Part shown: positions 9,120 to 18,305 of the stretch, in pieces
Layout of the letters: each line of letters starts with the position of its first letter
Position numbering within the stretch: position 1 is the first letter of the stretch
DNA from: Nostoc sp. DedSLP01
GTDB lineage: Bacteria > Cyanobacteriota > Cyanobacteriia > Cyanobacteriales > Nostocaceae
DNA length: 64,000 nt
Direction: 5' to 3'
Assembly: GCA_034530875.2 (NCBI GenBank)
Contig: JAVRCJ020000018.1
Coordinates: forward strand, 64,001 to 128,000
Notes under the pieces: model-generated
The model's input: the letters and a program-made list of their open reading frames with translations, nothing else
What the model was told of the DNA's origin: nothing
Databases searched by the model: none
Made by a program: the position numbers and the translations under genes

Positions 9120-11816
9120 ATGGCTAGAATCAACAGTATGAGCCAAGAAAATGTTGAAGATCAAGAAGAGCTACGAGAGCTGCTGCACTTCTACTTAAAT
9201 AAAATGGCAGCAACGCAGGCGGAGCTATCAAAAGGGATGGATGTTAGCCGTCCAGTTGTAATTAATTTCTTGAAAAAAGGTAAAAAGCAGCGATTGCCAG
9301 TCGATCGTAAAAGCTTGATCCAACTATGCGAGAGTCTTCAGAAAGGTGAAGTATCAAAAAAGAAGCTAAAGACAGAGATTGAGAGCAATCTGCAAAAAAC
9401 GGAAGCTAATGTTGATGAAGTGGCTAATGCTGAAAAAATGCGTGAGTTGTTGGCAAAGATTGGCGTAGACGAGTTGCTAGAGTCCGCCGGGTTTTTGCCG
9501 GAAAAAACCAAAATAATTCGGGTAACTCCAGAAAGATTTTTTCAAGTTGCTCAGGTAGTTGCGTTGCTTGAGTTTCTTGAATTTGAAGATTTAGTATCTA
9601 CAACCCAGGAATTCTTAGCGATCGCCACTAACAAAATAGCAATTGCCAGCAAAAAACGTTTTCCAGAAAATCAAAATCCTCAGGACAACGATTACTTAAA
9701 ATATCTTATTCATAGTCTCAAAAATGACTCAAAGCAAAATGAAACTCACCCAACACTAGGTTTAAAACTGAGACTTGAAGTAATTGACAAGCTACAGCGA
9801 ACTTGGAGCAAACTTAAAGCTGGAGGCAAGAAAAACTTCACTCAGCAAGAAGCGATTAGACTATTCGCGAGTATCGCTATCAAGGAGCAGATGCCTAAAA
9901 ATGTACCTAACCTTCATATTAGAGTTCAAAAAACCGAATTTCAAACTTTATCTAAGTCTATTAATGTAGAAGACGATTATAAGGACTTATACCATAAATT
10001 TGTCAAGATTGCTTATCAAGCAGAATCCGATCTTAAAACTCCAGATTCAGACTTAAAAAATTCAAAACAAGACGATTCCTCTGAATTTGTCGAGATTGCT
10101 TATCAAGCAGAATCCGATCTGGAAACTCCAGGTTCAAACTTAAAAAATTCAAAAAAAGATAAGTTTTTTGATTTGCTTAATCCGATTATTATGGCGATCG
10201 TAACTTGTAGCTTTAATTATAATAATGAAGATAATAATGAAGAATCTCAAGAATTGATTGAGTGGATTTATACCTCTGGAAACACAATTCTAGAGAATGC
10301 TATAGGTGCTTGTTGCCTACATTTGGGATTGACAGAAGATATAAGTAATATCAACATATCAACAAAAACCTTAGACAGCAGCATTGATTCCTTAGTGGAA
10401 ACAACTGTCATGTTAGGAAACGAACAAAAGTATCAAGGAATTTGGGTTGACCGAGATTCAATGATTACTATGCTACAAGCAATTGTATATGCTACTAAAC
10501 AATGGCTAGTAGATCAAAGTACCAATGACAAACTCGATATAGAAATCTACGTCTCAGCTTGTAAAGCTCTTGCTGATTTAAGGAAGCGATTAACTAAAGT
10601 CAGAAAAGCTTTTCAAAATTTTCAGTTCCTTGATGATGAGTGTAAGCCTGCTGAAATCAATAAAATTGCTGAGATAGCTAAGGAGGAATTGAAAAAACTT
10701 CCCCAAGAAAAGATTTATTTTTCATATCGACTCAACTTTTATCGTTGTTATTGTGTTGCCAAACGGCTGGAGATTAGACTATCTAACACTCAAGGAAACA
10801 TTAGTATCCTAAAATCATTGATTGAAGAAATACAAAAAGTAATTGAAGAAGATGAAGAAGTAAAAAAAGAGCTTATTCCTATACAAGCTCTAATTCAGTC
10901 AGAAATTTATTTGTACGAACTTTCCTGCGGACACGAATCAAGTTTATTTGAATTTCAGCAAAGGAGCAATTGGCTCGAATTAGAAGACTGGCATAGTAAA
11001 ATTAAAAGCGCAATTCTTAAAGAAGGATCGTGCTACAAAGACCCTGGTTTAGATATTTATAAAGCCTTATCTGAAATTTATGGAAATGCTGCGCGAATAG
11101 AGTTTTATCTGAGCGACGATAAAAATATACTTGAAGAAACCGCAAAAAATTTTCTGAAAGCTGCTCACTATGCATTACGTATTGGTTCAACTCAGCGGGT
11201 GACTAGATGGTTAGCTTTAGCAGGACGAGTCTGGGTAAGACTGGGAGATAGTAAACTATCAATACAGGCTTTCAAACTTGCTAAAAACTTGGCTGATGCT
11301 GATTTAACAACTGGCCACAGTCAGAATTTTCGCGAAGCTGTTCTTTCAGAAATTTTTTTACTATATGGAGAGTATCTCCTATTGATTGAAAACGATCCTA
11401 CTAATGCTTTAGAGTATTTTTTAAAAGCGCTTAAAGGTTCTGTATATTTAGGTTTGAATAAACGCATTTGCGATGCACTATTTGATATTTCCAGATGTGC
11501 AAAAAAGCTTGGTAACTTCAGTACTAAAGAGGGAATCACAAGGGTATTTGTACAAGAAGACCAGTTAACTGAATCAAATAAAGGAAAATTAAATCCCACA
11601 AGTAACCGCACTTCTGAGAAAGTTTTAGATTTACTTTGTTTATTATGGAATAGAGAAGATAATCCAAGCTGGTTTCAGATACAGAGCGAATTTTCTAAAC
11701 TAGCCGCAGATATTTGGCAAGGATGGCATACCGATACATCTAACGCTGAAATAATAACAAAACATCCGATCGCCAAACGGATAGAAGATGAATCCTGGCT
11801 TTGTCAAATTCAGTAG
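9120..11816 (+). CDS. Large protein with N-terminal XRE-like HTH and C-terminal TPR-like helical repeats
   Basis: TQAELSKGMDVSRPVVINFLK HTH pattern; C-terminal WLALAGRVWVRLGDSKLSIQAFKLA and LLYGEYLL...ALEYFLKAL TPR-like motifs. Confidence 0.75.
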   Translation: MARINSMSQENVEDQEELRELLHFYLNKMAATQAELSKGMDVSRPVVINFLKKGKKQRLPVDRKSLIQLCESLQKGEVSKKKLKTEIESNLQKTEANVDEVANAEKMRELLAKIGVDELLESAGFLPEKTKIIRVTPERFFQVAQVVALLEFLEFEDLVSTTQEFLAIATNKIAIASKKRFPENQNPQDNDYLKYLIHSLKNDSKQNETHPTLGLKLRLEVIDKLQRTWSKLKAGGKKNFTQQEAIRLFASIAIKEQMPKNVPNLHIRVQKTEFQTLSKSINVEDDYKDLYHKFVKIAYQAESDLKTPDSDLKNSKQDDSSEFVEIAYQAESDLETPGSNLKNSKKDKFFDLLNPIIMAIVTCSFNYNNEDNNEESQELIEWIYTSGNTILENAIGACCLHLGLTEDISNINISTKTLDSSIDSLVETTVMLGNEQKYQGIWVDRDSMITMLQAIVYATKQWLVDQSTNDKLDIEIYVSACKALADLRKRLTKVRKAFQNFQFLDDECKPAEINKIAEIAKEELKKLPQEKIYFSYRLNFYRCYCVAKRLEIRLSNTQGNISILKSLIEEIQKVIEEDEEVKKELIPIQALIQSEIYLYELSCGHESSLFEFQQRSNWLELEDWHSKIKSAILKEGSCYKDPGLDIYKALSEIYGNAARIEFYLSDDKNILEETAKNFLKAAHYALRIGSTQRVTRWLALAGRVWVRLGDSKLSIQAFKLAKNLADADLTTGHSQNFREAVLSEIFLLYGEYLLLIENDPTNALEYFLKALKGSVYLGLNKRICDALFDISRCAKKLGNFSTKEGITRVFVQEDQLTESNKGKLNPTSNRTSEKVLDLLCLLWNREDNPSWFQIQSEFSKLAADIWQGWHTDTSNAEIITKHPIAKRIEDESWLCQIQ

Positions 11817-11935
11817 GCTGAAAGGTTTGGCGATGCTTATCATTTAAACTGACGCCAAGACAGGGAGATACTCCGACGCGGAGATTTTTTTGATCGATGA
11901 TTAAGCGGACATGATATAAAAGCTTGTTGGCGCAT

Positions 11936-14488
11936 TTAGCTTGTTGAAGTCAACTTAATAGGAATCTCAATTTGAAACTCAGCTCCCTGTCCTGGTGTTG
12001 ATAAACAAGTAAATTTTCCCTGATGCTTGTCCACTATAATTTGATAGCTAATTGATAACCCTAACCCCGTACCTATCCCCACTGGCTTAGTTGTGAAGAA
12101 GGGATCGAACAAGCGTTTTAGTACATTCTCTGGTATTCCTGGCCCGTTATCAGCAAAAGTAATCAGGATTTGTTTTGGGTCAGATACTTCTGTACGGATA
12201 CGGATAGTACTGGGTGTTTGTTGGATCTGTTCGATAGACCGCTTTGAATCTCTTTCTTCTAATGCATCTAAAGCATTAACTAGAATGTTCATGAAAACTT
12301 GATTGATCTGTCCGGGGTAGCATTCTACTAAAGGTAGGTGGCCGTATTCCTTAATAATTTCAATTGCTGGACGGTTATGTTGTGCCTTAAAGCGATGTTC
12401 TAGAATTACTAAAGTGCTGTCAATGCCCGAATGAATGTCTACAGTTTTATACTCTGCTTCATCCATGCGGGAGAAATTTCGTAAAGAAAGAACAATTTTT
12501 TTGATCCGGTCTGCACCCATTTTCATTGAGGAGAGCAACTTAACCAGATCCGCCATCAAAAATTCCAAGTCAATACTTTCTATCCTGTCTTGAATAACTT
12601 GTGGCGGATTTGGGTAATATTGTTGATAAAGTTGAATCAACTCAAGCAAATTATTTATATATTCGTTAGCAGGCTCAATATTACTGTAAATAAAGCTTGT
12701 AGGATTGTTAATTTCGTGAGCAACTCCGGCAACCAATTGACCGAGAGAAGACATTTTTTCGTTCTGTATAAGATGAGTCTGGGTGTATTGGAGTTCCTTA
12801 AGAGTGTGTTCCAAATCTTGTGCTTTTTGCCGTAATGCTTCTTCAGCAGCTTTTAGTTCGCTGATATCCCTTGCAACTGTTGAGAAATACTCAAGCTCTC
12901 CATCGGGTGATTTGTGAGCAATGATTAGTTGAGAAAGGGGAATTTCCTTGCCATCTGCTCCTAAAAGAGCCGTTTCTCCTACCCAACTACCTAATAGCAC
13001 TGATTGTGGTACTCCTTGATTCGCAATCAGCTCGTTTGCCCAAGTTGGATGATTTTGAGATAAATGTCTGCCTTCAAATGATTCTTCTTCCTTAATTCCT
13101 AACATCTTGCGAGCTGCTTGATTAAAGTAGAGAACTCGCCCAGTTAAGTCAGCAGTGCTAATAAAGTCTGGGGCTGCTTCTATAATTGCTAACAACTTTG
13201 CTTGTTCTTTGTTTGCTTCTAGGCGATCTCTAATATCACGAGAAACACCAACTGTCATCATGACTTGACCTTGTTCGTTAAAAATAGGAGATTTGATTGT
13301 ATGAAATAAGCGTACTTCGCCATCGTGCTTGGTTACTGGTTCTTGGAGAATTTCTAGAGTTTGTCCAGTTTCAAATACGTAAGCATCATCTTTGATGTAC
13401 TGGAGAGTATAGTCAGGCTCGTTGAAGGGTGCATCAATCGTGTCTTGAAGTTGTTCTTCACTCATGCCGTAATAATCACGGAATGCTTTGTTTGCCCAAA
13501 TAATCCGAGATTTAGCACCTTTAACCAGCACCATATCAGCGATCGCATCAAGGATTTGTTGATAAATCTTTTCGTTTTCGCGCAGGGCAGTTTCAAAAGA
13601 CTTTACTTTCGTAACGTCTTGTACTATCGAGACAATACTGATTACTTGGCAGTCACAGTCGAGAATCGGAATGCTATACCACTGACAAATAATAACTTTT
13701 CCATCTTTGGTGAGATTTTTACTAACATTGTTAGCTTCCACTTTCTGTTCAAGGAATTGGGCTAGCATTTTGCTAGTTTGCAAGCGATCGCTTTTTAAAA
13801 CGATTGCTTCTGTAACCTGCAAACCAAGTACTTCACGTTCGCTGTATGCAAATAATTTTTCAGCCGCCGGATTCCATCCTATTATTTCAAGTGCTGTATT
13901 CCACTCAATTATCGGTAAAGGATTGCGTTGTTTTAGTAAAGTTAGCTTTTCTTGCAAAGATTTTAAATTTTGCTCTGAAAGTTGGGAGCTTGGATTTACT
14001 GGGTTATCTTGGAGTATGCGATCGCCAAAATTTTCTCTACTATCAATGAATGCACTTTTATGGTCGATAACAGGTATAAATAATCCATTAAAAATAACTC
14101 GCTCGGTACATTGATGCTCGATTTTAGAGAAAGATTGAAACCGCTTATATTTACCATCCGGTAAACCTATACGTCCTTCCCAATACCAATTATGTAAAGT
14201 TTGCTGGGCAAGTTGTAGCGATTCTTGAAAACTCTTTTGGTCTGCTGGATGCATTAAGGAAATTAAATTTTGAATATCTCCTTGGATTTCTAATGATTTT
14301 ACCTTCAGTAAATCTGCACAATTAGGGCTAATATAATTACATTCTATAAAACTATTTTTATAATAAGTAACTTGGTAAAGTATGCTTGATATCTCAGAAG
14401 TAATTTGATGAAATTTATTTTCGATTTGCTGATTTTCTATTTGATATGAATAAACACGGCTTGAGTCAGTCCACTCAAAATTTTCCAT
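11936..14488 (-). CDS. Multi-PAS sensor histidine kinase
   Basis: About four PAS/PAC units, H-box AGVAHEINNP, FFTTKPVGIGTGLGL. Confidence 0.92.
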   Translation of the reverse strand: MENFEWTDSSRVYSYQIENQQIENKFHQITSEISSILYQVTYYKNSFIECNYISPNCADLLKVKSLEIQGDIQNLISLMHPADQKSFQESLQLAQQTLHNWYWEGRIGLPDGKYKRFQSFSKIEHQCTERVIFNGLFIPVIDHKSAFIDSRENFGDRILQDNPVNPSSQLSEQNLKSLQEKLTLLKQRNPLPIIEWNTALEIIGWNPAAEKLFAYSEREVLGLQVTEAIVLKSDRLQTSKMLAQFLEQKVEANNVSKNLTKDGKVIICQWYSIPILDCDCQVISIVSIVQDVTKVKSFETALRENEKIYQQILDAIADMVLVKGAKSRIIWANKAFRDYYGMSEEQLQDTIDAPFNEPDYTLQYIKDDAYVFETGQTLEILQEPVTKHDGEVRLFHTIKSPIFNEQGQVMMTVGVSRDIRDRLEANKEQAKLLAIIEAAPDFISTADLTGRVLYFNQAARKMLGIKEEESFEGRHLSQNHPTWANELIANQGVPQSVLLGSWVGETALLGADGKEIPLSQLIIAHKSPDGELEYFSTVARDISELKAAEEALRQKAQDLEHTLKELQYTQTHLIQNEKMSSLGQLVAGVAHEINNPTSFIYSNIEPANEYINNLLELIQLYQQYYPNPPQVIQDRIESIDLEFLMADLVKLLSSMKMGADRIKKIVLSLRNFSRMDEAEYKTVDIHSGIDSTLVILEHRFKAQHNRPAIEIIKEYGHLPLVECYPGQINQVFMNILVNALDALEERDSKRSIEQIQQTPSTIRIRTEVSDPKQILITFADNGPGIPENVLKRLFDPFFTTKPVGIGTGLGLSISYQIIVDKHQGKFTCLSTPGQGAEFQIEIPIKLTSTS

Positions 14489-15023
14489 ATTAATTTGCTT
14501 CTTAAATTAACAGACAAGAAATATACCCAAATTCTTAGCTGTTGTGCCTTTGGTAGATAGTATTTTAGTGCTAATACTTAATAATTTAAGTATTTGTTCA
14601 TTTTAATGGAACAGTAATATTACTAATTTTCCGATTACTTTAACTTAGCTTTAATTTGAAACTTCATTATATTAAGAGTTTTACCTCCAGCATAGCTTGC
14701 CTGAGTAAAATATCTAATTGATGGTTATAACGCTGGAAATATCAAGCTTTTAAACAGGTGGGCAGATAGCGATCGCTTCTAAAGCTGTAGCGTAAAGTCA
14801 ACCCAAAGAAAATCTGCTTTAAAATTGAAAGAACCAGTAGTTTATACAAAACTACTAAGAGCTTTTTTGAATTAGTTATCCATTGGAATTAGCGGGTATA
14901 TCGCAAGAAGTAACAGTAATTCATTCTGAAGATTATTCAGGATTGGTTCTGTTGGCAGAAGGAATCTGAATGTTGAGATTGTTATTGTGTATTTGTCAGT
15001 AAAAACTATTTCTCAAAAGAACA

Positions 15024-15296
15024 ATGAATATTCTTGCTTGGATTGTTTTAGGTCTAATCGCTGGTGCTATTGCTAAAGCTATTTACCCCGGCCATCAAGG
15101 CGGCGGAATTTTAGGAACAATTGTATTAGGAATTATTGGTGCTTTCGTTGGTGGTAGCTTGGGCGTATTCTTCAGTACGGGAACGTTGACACTAGCTGCT
15201 CCCACACTCAGCATACCCGGGATTGCAGTGGCAGTTCTTGGTGCAATTATTGCAGTTTTCTTGTGGAACTTGTTAAATCGCCGCAGTACCATCTAA
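15024..15296 (+). CDS. GlsB/YeaQ/YmgE family stress-response membrane protein
   Basis: WIVLGLIAGAIAK...LGIIGAFVGG...AVLGA signature. Confidence 0.9.
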   Translation: MNILAWIVLGLIAGAIAKAIYPGHQGGGILGTIVLGIIGAFVGGSLGVFFSTGTLTLAAPTLSIPGIAVAVLGAIIAVFLWNLLNRRSTI

Positions 15297-15378
15297 AAAA
15301 TTAAATTGTAATTAATTATTTTGTAAAAATCAGGGAATCGATTTTATTATATTTTTCCCTGAATTAAATTAAAAGATT

Positions 15379-15408
15379 AGCGCTTACTTCTAGTTAAGTA
15401 AGCGCTAT
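15379..15408. terminator. Probable terminator hairpin between convergent genes
   Basis: TAGCGCTTACTT-CTAGTT-AAGTAAGCGCTA. Confidence 0.5.
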
Positions 15409-15549
15409 TATTACTTTGATAATAAAGCTCGCAAACCGTATGCTGCGATTTGTAGGTAACAGCACATTGCGAGCGAATGACTAATTAATATCAGTCTTTC
15501 TCTACACCCCACGCCCTGCCTCAAAAGATAACTTTGCAATCTACTGAGA

Positions 15550-16341
15550 TTAGGCAATTCGAGTTACCTGCTGATTCACGCGGGGACGGCCAAAGCGTTC
15601 CCAAGCACTTCCTCCGCGCAGAAATAGTTCTAAGAAGCGTAACGGTTCTGTTTCCTTGCCGACTGACCAACCAGAACTACCAGGGGCAAAGGCTAAAGTT
15701 CCTTCAGGCACTTTGAAGCTGCCATCAGAATACACTGCATCGCTGACCACATCTCCAATGCGGATGACGATTTTGGTTTGAGGCTGCAAGTTAAGTGTAT
15801 GCGCTGCAATAGTGGTTTTGATATTTCCATAGCCATCAATCCAAGCAATTCGATCTGGTGGCACATCTGGAATTTGCTCGCTGTTGAGGCGATCGCCCAA
15901 AAAGCTAAAATCTTCATTCATAATGGCCGCAGCTGCGGCTGGAAACACATCCCGCGAACGAAACTGCGAACCCCCACGAGAAACATTTACTACTCGCAAT
16001 TCCTGAGTATGGTCTTTGATAAACGAGAGAGTGTAGCCTGCAAAGACACCCACTACTTTTACACCATTGGATAAAAGGGCATAGGTTAGTCCTTCACCTT
16101 CATTGTCTCGCCGGGCTTCGGGATCGTCCTGACGAGGCGCACAATTATGATAAATCAGCCGTTCGTTAGGGCCTGGGTTCAGTCCCAATTGGGCAATCCA
16201 GAAACCTGTTGCTAAAGTACTGAATGGCGGAACCGAAAGTAAGTGAATTTGGGCGTGAGGAAAAGCCATCAGCAGACGTTGCGTAACTTCAGTAAATGCT
16301 GGATCTCCCGTACCGTAGTCTGCAATAACGCAGATAAACAT
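15550..16341 (-). CDS. DUF62 / SAM hydroxide-halide adenosyltransferase superfamily protein
   Basis: IADYG N-terminus, FRSRDVFPAAAA, WIDGYGNIKT, LELFLRGGSA motifs. Confidence 0.8.
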   Translation of the reverse strand: MFICVIADYGTGDPAFTEVTQRLLMAFPHAQIHLLSVPPFSTLATGFWIAQLGLNPGPNERLIYHNCAPRQDDPEARRDNEGEGLTYALLSNGVKVVGVFAGYTLSFIKDHTQELRVVNVSRGGSQFRSRDVFPAAAAAIMNEDFSFLGDRLNSEQIPDVPPDRIAWIDGYGNIKTTIAAHTLNLQPQTKIVIRIGDVVSDAVYSDGSFKVPEGTLAFAPGSSGWSVGKETEPLRFLELFLRGGSAWERFGRPRVNQQVTRIA

Positions 16342-16392
16342 TTTGCCTCTCCTCTTAAATGAGTGGTAATTGGGAATTAATGCTCAGGCCGT

Positions 16393-16504
16393 GGCGTTGC
16401 TGAATTGCACCATGAATACACATGTAAAGACGTTGCAATGCAACGTCTCTACAAGGATTTTGATATGATACACAATCGTTTTCATACATCAAATCAGCAA
16501 CGCC
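16393..16504. mobile_element. MITE
   Basis: TIRs GGCGTTGCTGA / TCAGCAACGCC; flanking 8-bp near-duplication CAGGCCGT / CAGTCCGT; internal palindrome GACGTTGCAATGCAACGTC. Confidence 0.75.
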
Positions 16505-16672
16505 CAGTCCGTAGTATTAAAAGCTATTAGACTTCTTGGACAGGTGGGTAAAGGGTAAAGGGGTAAGAAAAAACTTTTTCCCTTTAATTTGCTTCATCAG
16601 CAGTCTAAATGTAATCTCGGCTCCAGAGCAAGTGCAAAACAATTAGTGGCTCCTCTGAATCCCCCACTTTCC

Positions 16673-16734
16673 TGTTCTGACTCCTGTTAGCGTAGCGGGG
16701 CGTAGCCCATTCTGACTTCTGAATTCTTCTTCAA
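16673..16734. repeat. 62-bp dispersed repeat (STRR with inserted SDR-type element), copy 1
   Basis: Matches 30714-30775 with one mismatch. Confidence 0.8.
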
Positions 16735-16742
16735 TATTTTAT

Positions 16743-16940
16743 CTATCTAAGCTTTTCTAGCGCTTCGCTCACATCGCTGAGGGTATTATAATCCTTATAA
16801 GGTATTTTCTTCAAAGCCCGCAGCACTTTTTCATCAAAGCCTTTTTCTTCGGCATTTTTAATCAAATCTTTCTTGCTGATTGGATATTCAACTTCATTCA
16901 AGCTTTTATTTAGCTGCACTAAATTTAGCGTACTCATCAT
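16743..16940 (-). CDS. DUF2795 family small protein
   Basis: L..VEYPISKKDLI..A...G..E.VL..L..IP...Y....DV motif; AGGAG SD. Confidence 0.85.
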   Translation of the reverse strand: MMSTLNLVQLNKSLNEVEYPISKKDLIKNAEEKGFDEKVLRALKKIPYKDYNTLSDVSEALEKLR

Positions 16941-17200
16941 GCTGATTCTCCTTAATTAGGTAAAGTTGTGTACTCATATCAGCAGATAAAAATCATCCGA
17001 TTTCAAGTTGGAGATTTTAAATTAATTACCCAGATGAATCTGCTTGCTCCTATCCTCAAGACATGGTTGATTAGTTAGTCAATTAAAAAAATTCAGGCTG
17101 ATTGTAATCACATATACTTTCCGGTGTAAAAGGCTTTCCTGGCATCATACTAATGATAGATTTTGAGCCGAGCTAAGCTATTAAGCTATTCCACATTTAA

Positions 17201-17241
17201 GTTGCATAATTTGGCTAGAAAGCCAGGCCAAATTATGCAAC
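17201..17241. repeat. Perfect 15-bp inverted repeat
   Basis: GTTGCATAATTTGGC-N11-GCCAAATTATGCAAC. Confidence 0.7.
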
Positions 17242-17273
17242 GCCAGATGTTTTTCAGCTTGTTTTGACTGTTG

Positions 17274-17481
17274 ATACCGTCTCTTTGTGAAGCTGCGCCA
17301 AATCCTAACTTTTTTCAACGCATAGGCGCTTCTCTACGAGACGCTACGCGTAGCTTGCTTCTCCGTAGGAGTACGCCTTCCCCGTAGCAGGAGGTTAGCG
17401 CAAAGGTACGCAGAGATTTTCTTGCATATAACTTCTCTATGCCCCAAAATAATTAGGCGCATCTTCATAGAGAATTGGTAT
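17274..17481. mobile_element. MITE with nested SDR-type elements
   Basis: Imperfect ~30-bp TIRs (ATACCGTCTCTTTGTGAAGCTGCGCCAAAT / ATTAGGCGCATCTTCATAGAGAATTGGTAT); nested CTTCTCTACGAGACGCTACGCG.. at 17329-17376. Confidence 0.65.
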
Positions 17482-17586
17482 GAAATGCCAGATCGGTATT
17501 TGGGCAAAATGCGCGATCGCAACTAATTGCGTTATATCGCACCAAATATCCCGCATCAGATAGGCTCTAGGTAACCCATCTACAAT

Positions 17587-17817
17587 TTATAGCTTTGAAT
17601 AAAGTGCTGGGTTAAAAGAAAATCCAGGCGGTAAGGGTTGGGGATTAAGTGCTACCCAATCGACAGAAAATAGCGAAATAGTACTCGAAATACTACTAGG
17701 TGGTGGCAGTGGCAAAGTTGGCGAACCACCATTAATAGATTGCGCTTGTGTGTCGGTAAGTTCAATCTCTTGAAGATAGATATCTTCAATGACTAGTTTT
17801 TTTGAATTTGGCATCAT
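17587..17817 (-). CDS. Putative double-glycine-leader secreted peptide / RiPP precursor with WVALNPQPLPP motif
   Basis: Leader ends IELTDTQAQSINGG; 45-aa Pro/Ser-rich core. Confidence 0.7.
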   Translation of the reverse strand: MMPNSKKLVIEDIYLQEIELTDTQAQSINGGSPTLPLPPPSSISSTISLFSVDWVALNPQPLPPGFSFNPALYSKL

Positions 17818-18003
17818 ACGTTTTGGCTAAGTTTGAAATTCAATTAACAGTATCAGATTGTGTTCTGACAATTATAATTTCAAGCGATATCATCTCAATT
17901 CCGCTGCACGCAAAACGAAAATTTACATAGCTTAAAACGGCTGGCTATCCTCATAATGCCAAACTAGCAATCTCAGCACAGGCAGACTTCGCCCTCATAA
18001 CTC

Positions 18004-18157
18004 ATACCAATTCACAATGGGCTACGCCCCGCTGCGTACTCCTTCGGAGAAGCAAGCTACGCGCAGCGTCTCGTAGAGAAGAGAGCAATTAAAAAACTTA
18101 GATGCAGCAAAGCTTTGGTGCGTTTACATCTGTATCACATTTTTCGTGAAATGTTAT
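18004..18157. mobile_element. MITE with nested SDR-type elements
   Basis: Ends ATACCAATTCAC / GTGAAATGTTAT; nested ATGGGCTACGCCCCGCT and a 48-bp composite at 18034-18081. Confidence 0.55.
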
Positions 18158-18305
18158 CAGGCATTGTCAGTAGCTATCTTAAAACAACCTGGAGCAGCAA
18201 AACATTCTAGGCTTGGATAGCAGCAAGCCCAGATTTTATTATCACCTGCAAACTTTATGACTATGATGCTTTCTTCTATAGAAGTCCTAAATCATTTGTA
18301 AAAAA

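Noticed and set aside
15550..16341. Calling the DUF62 gene a fluorinase or chlorinase
   Set aside because: Only one motif is FlA-like and there is no halometabolite gene context; kept as an open question in findings.
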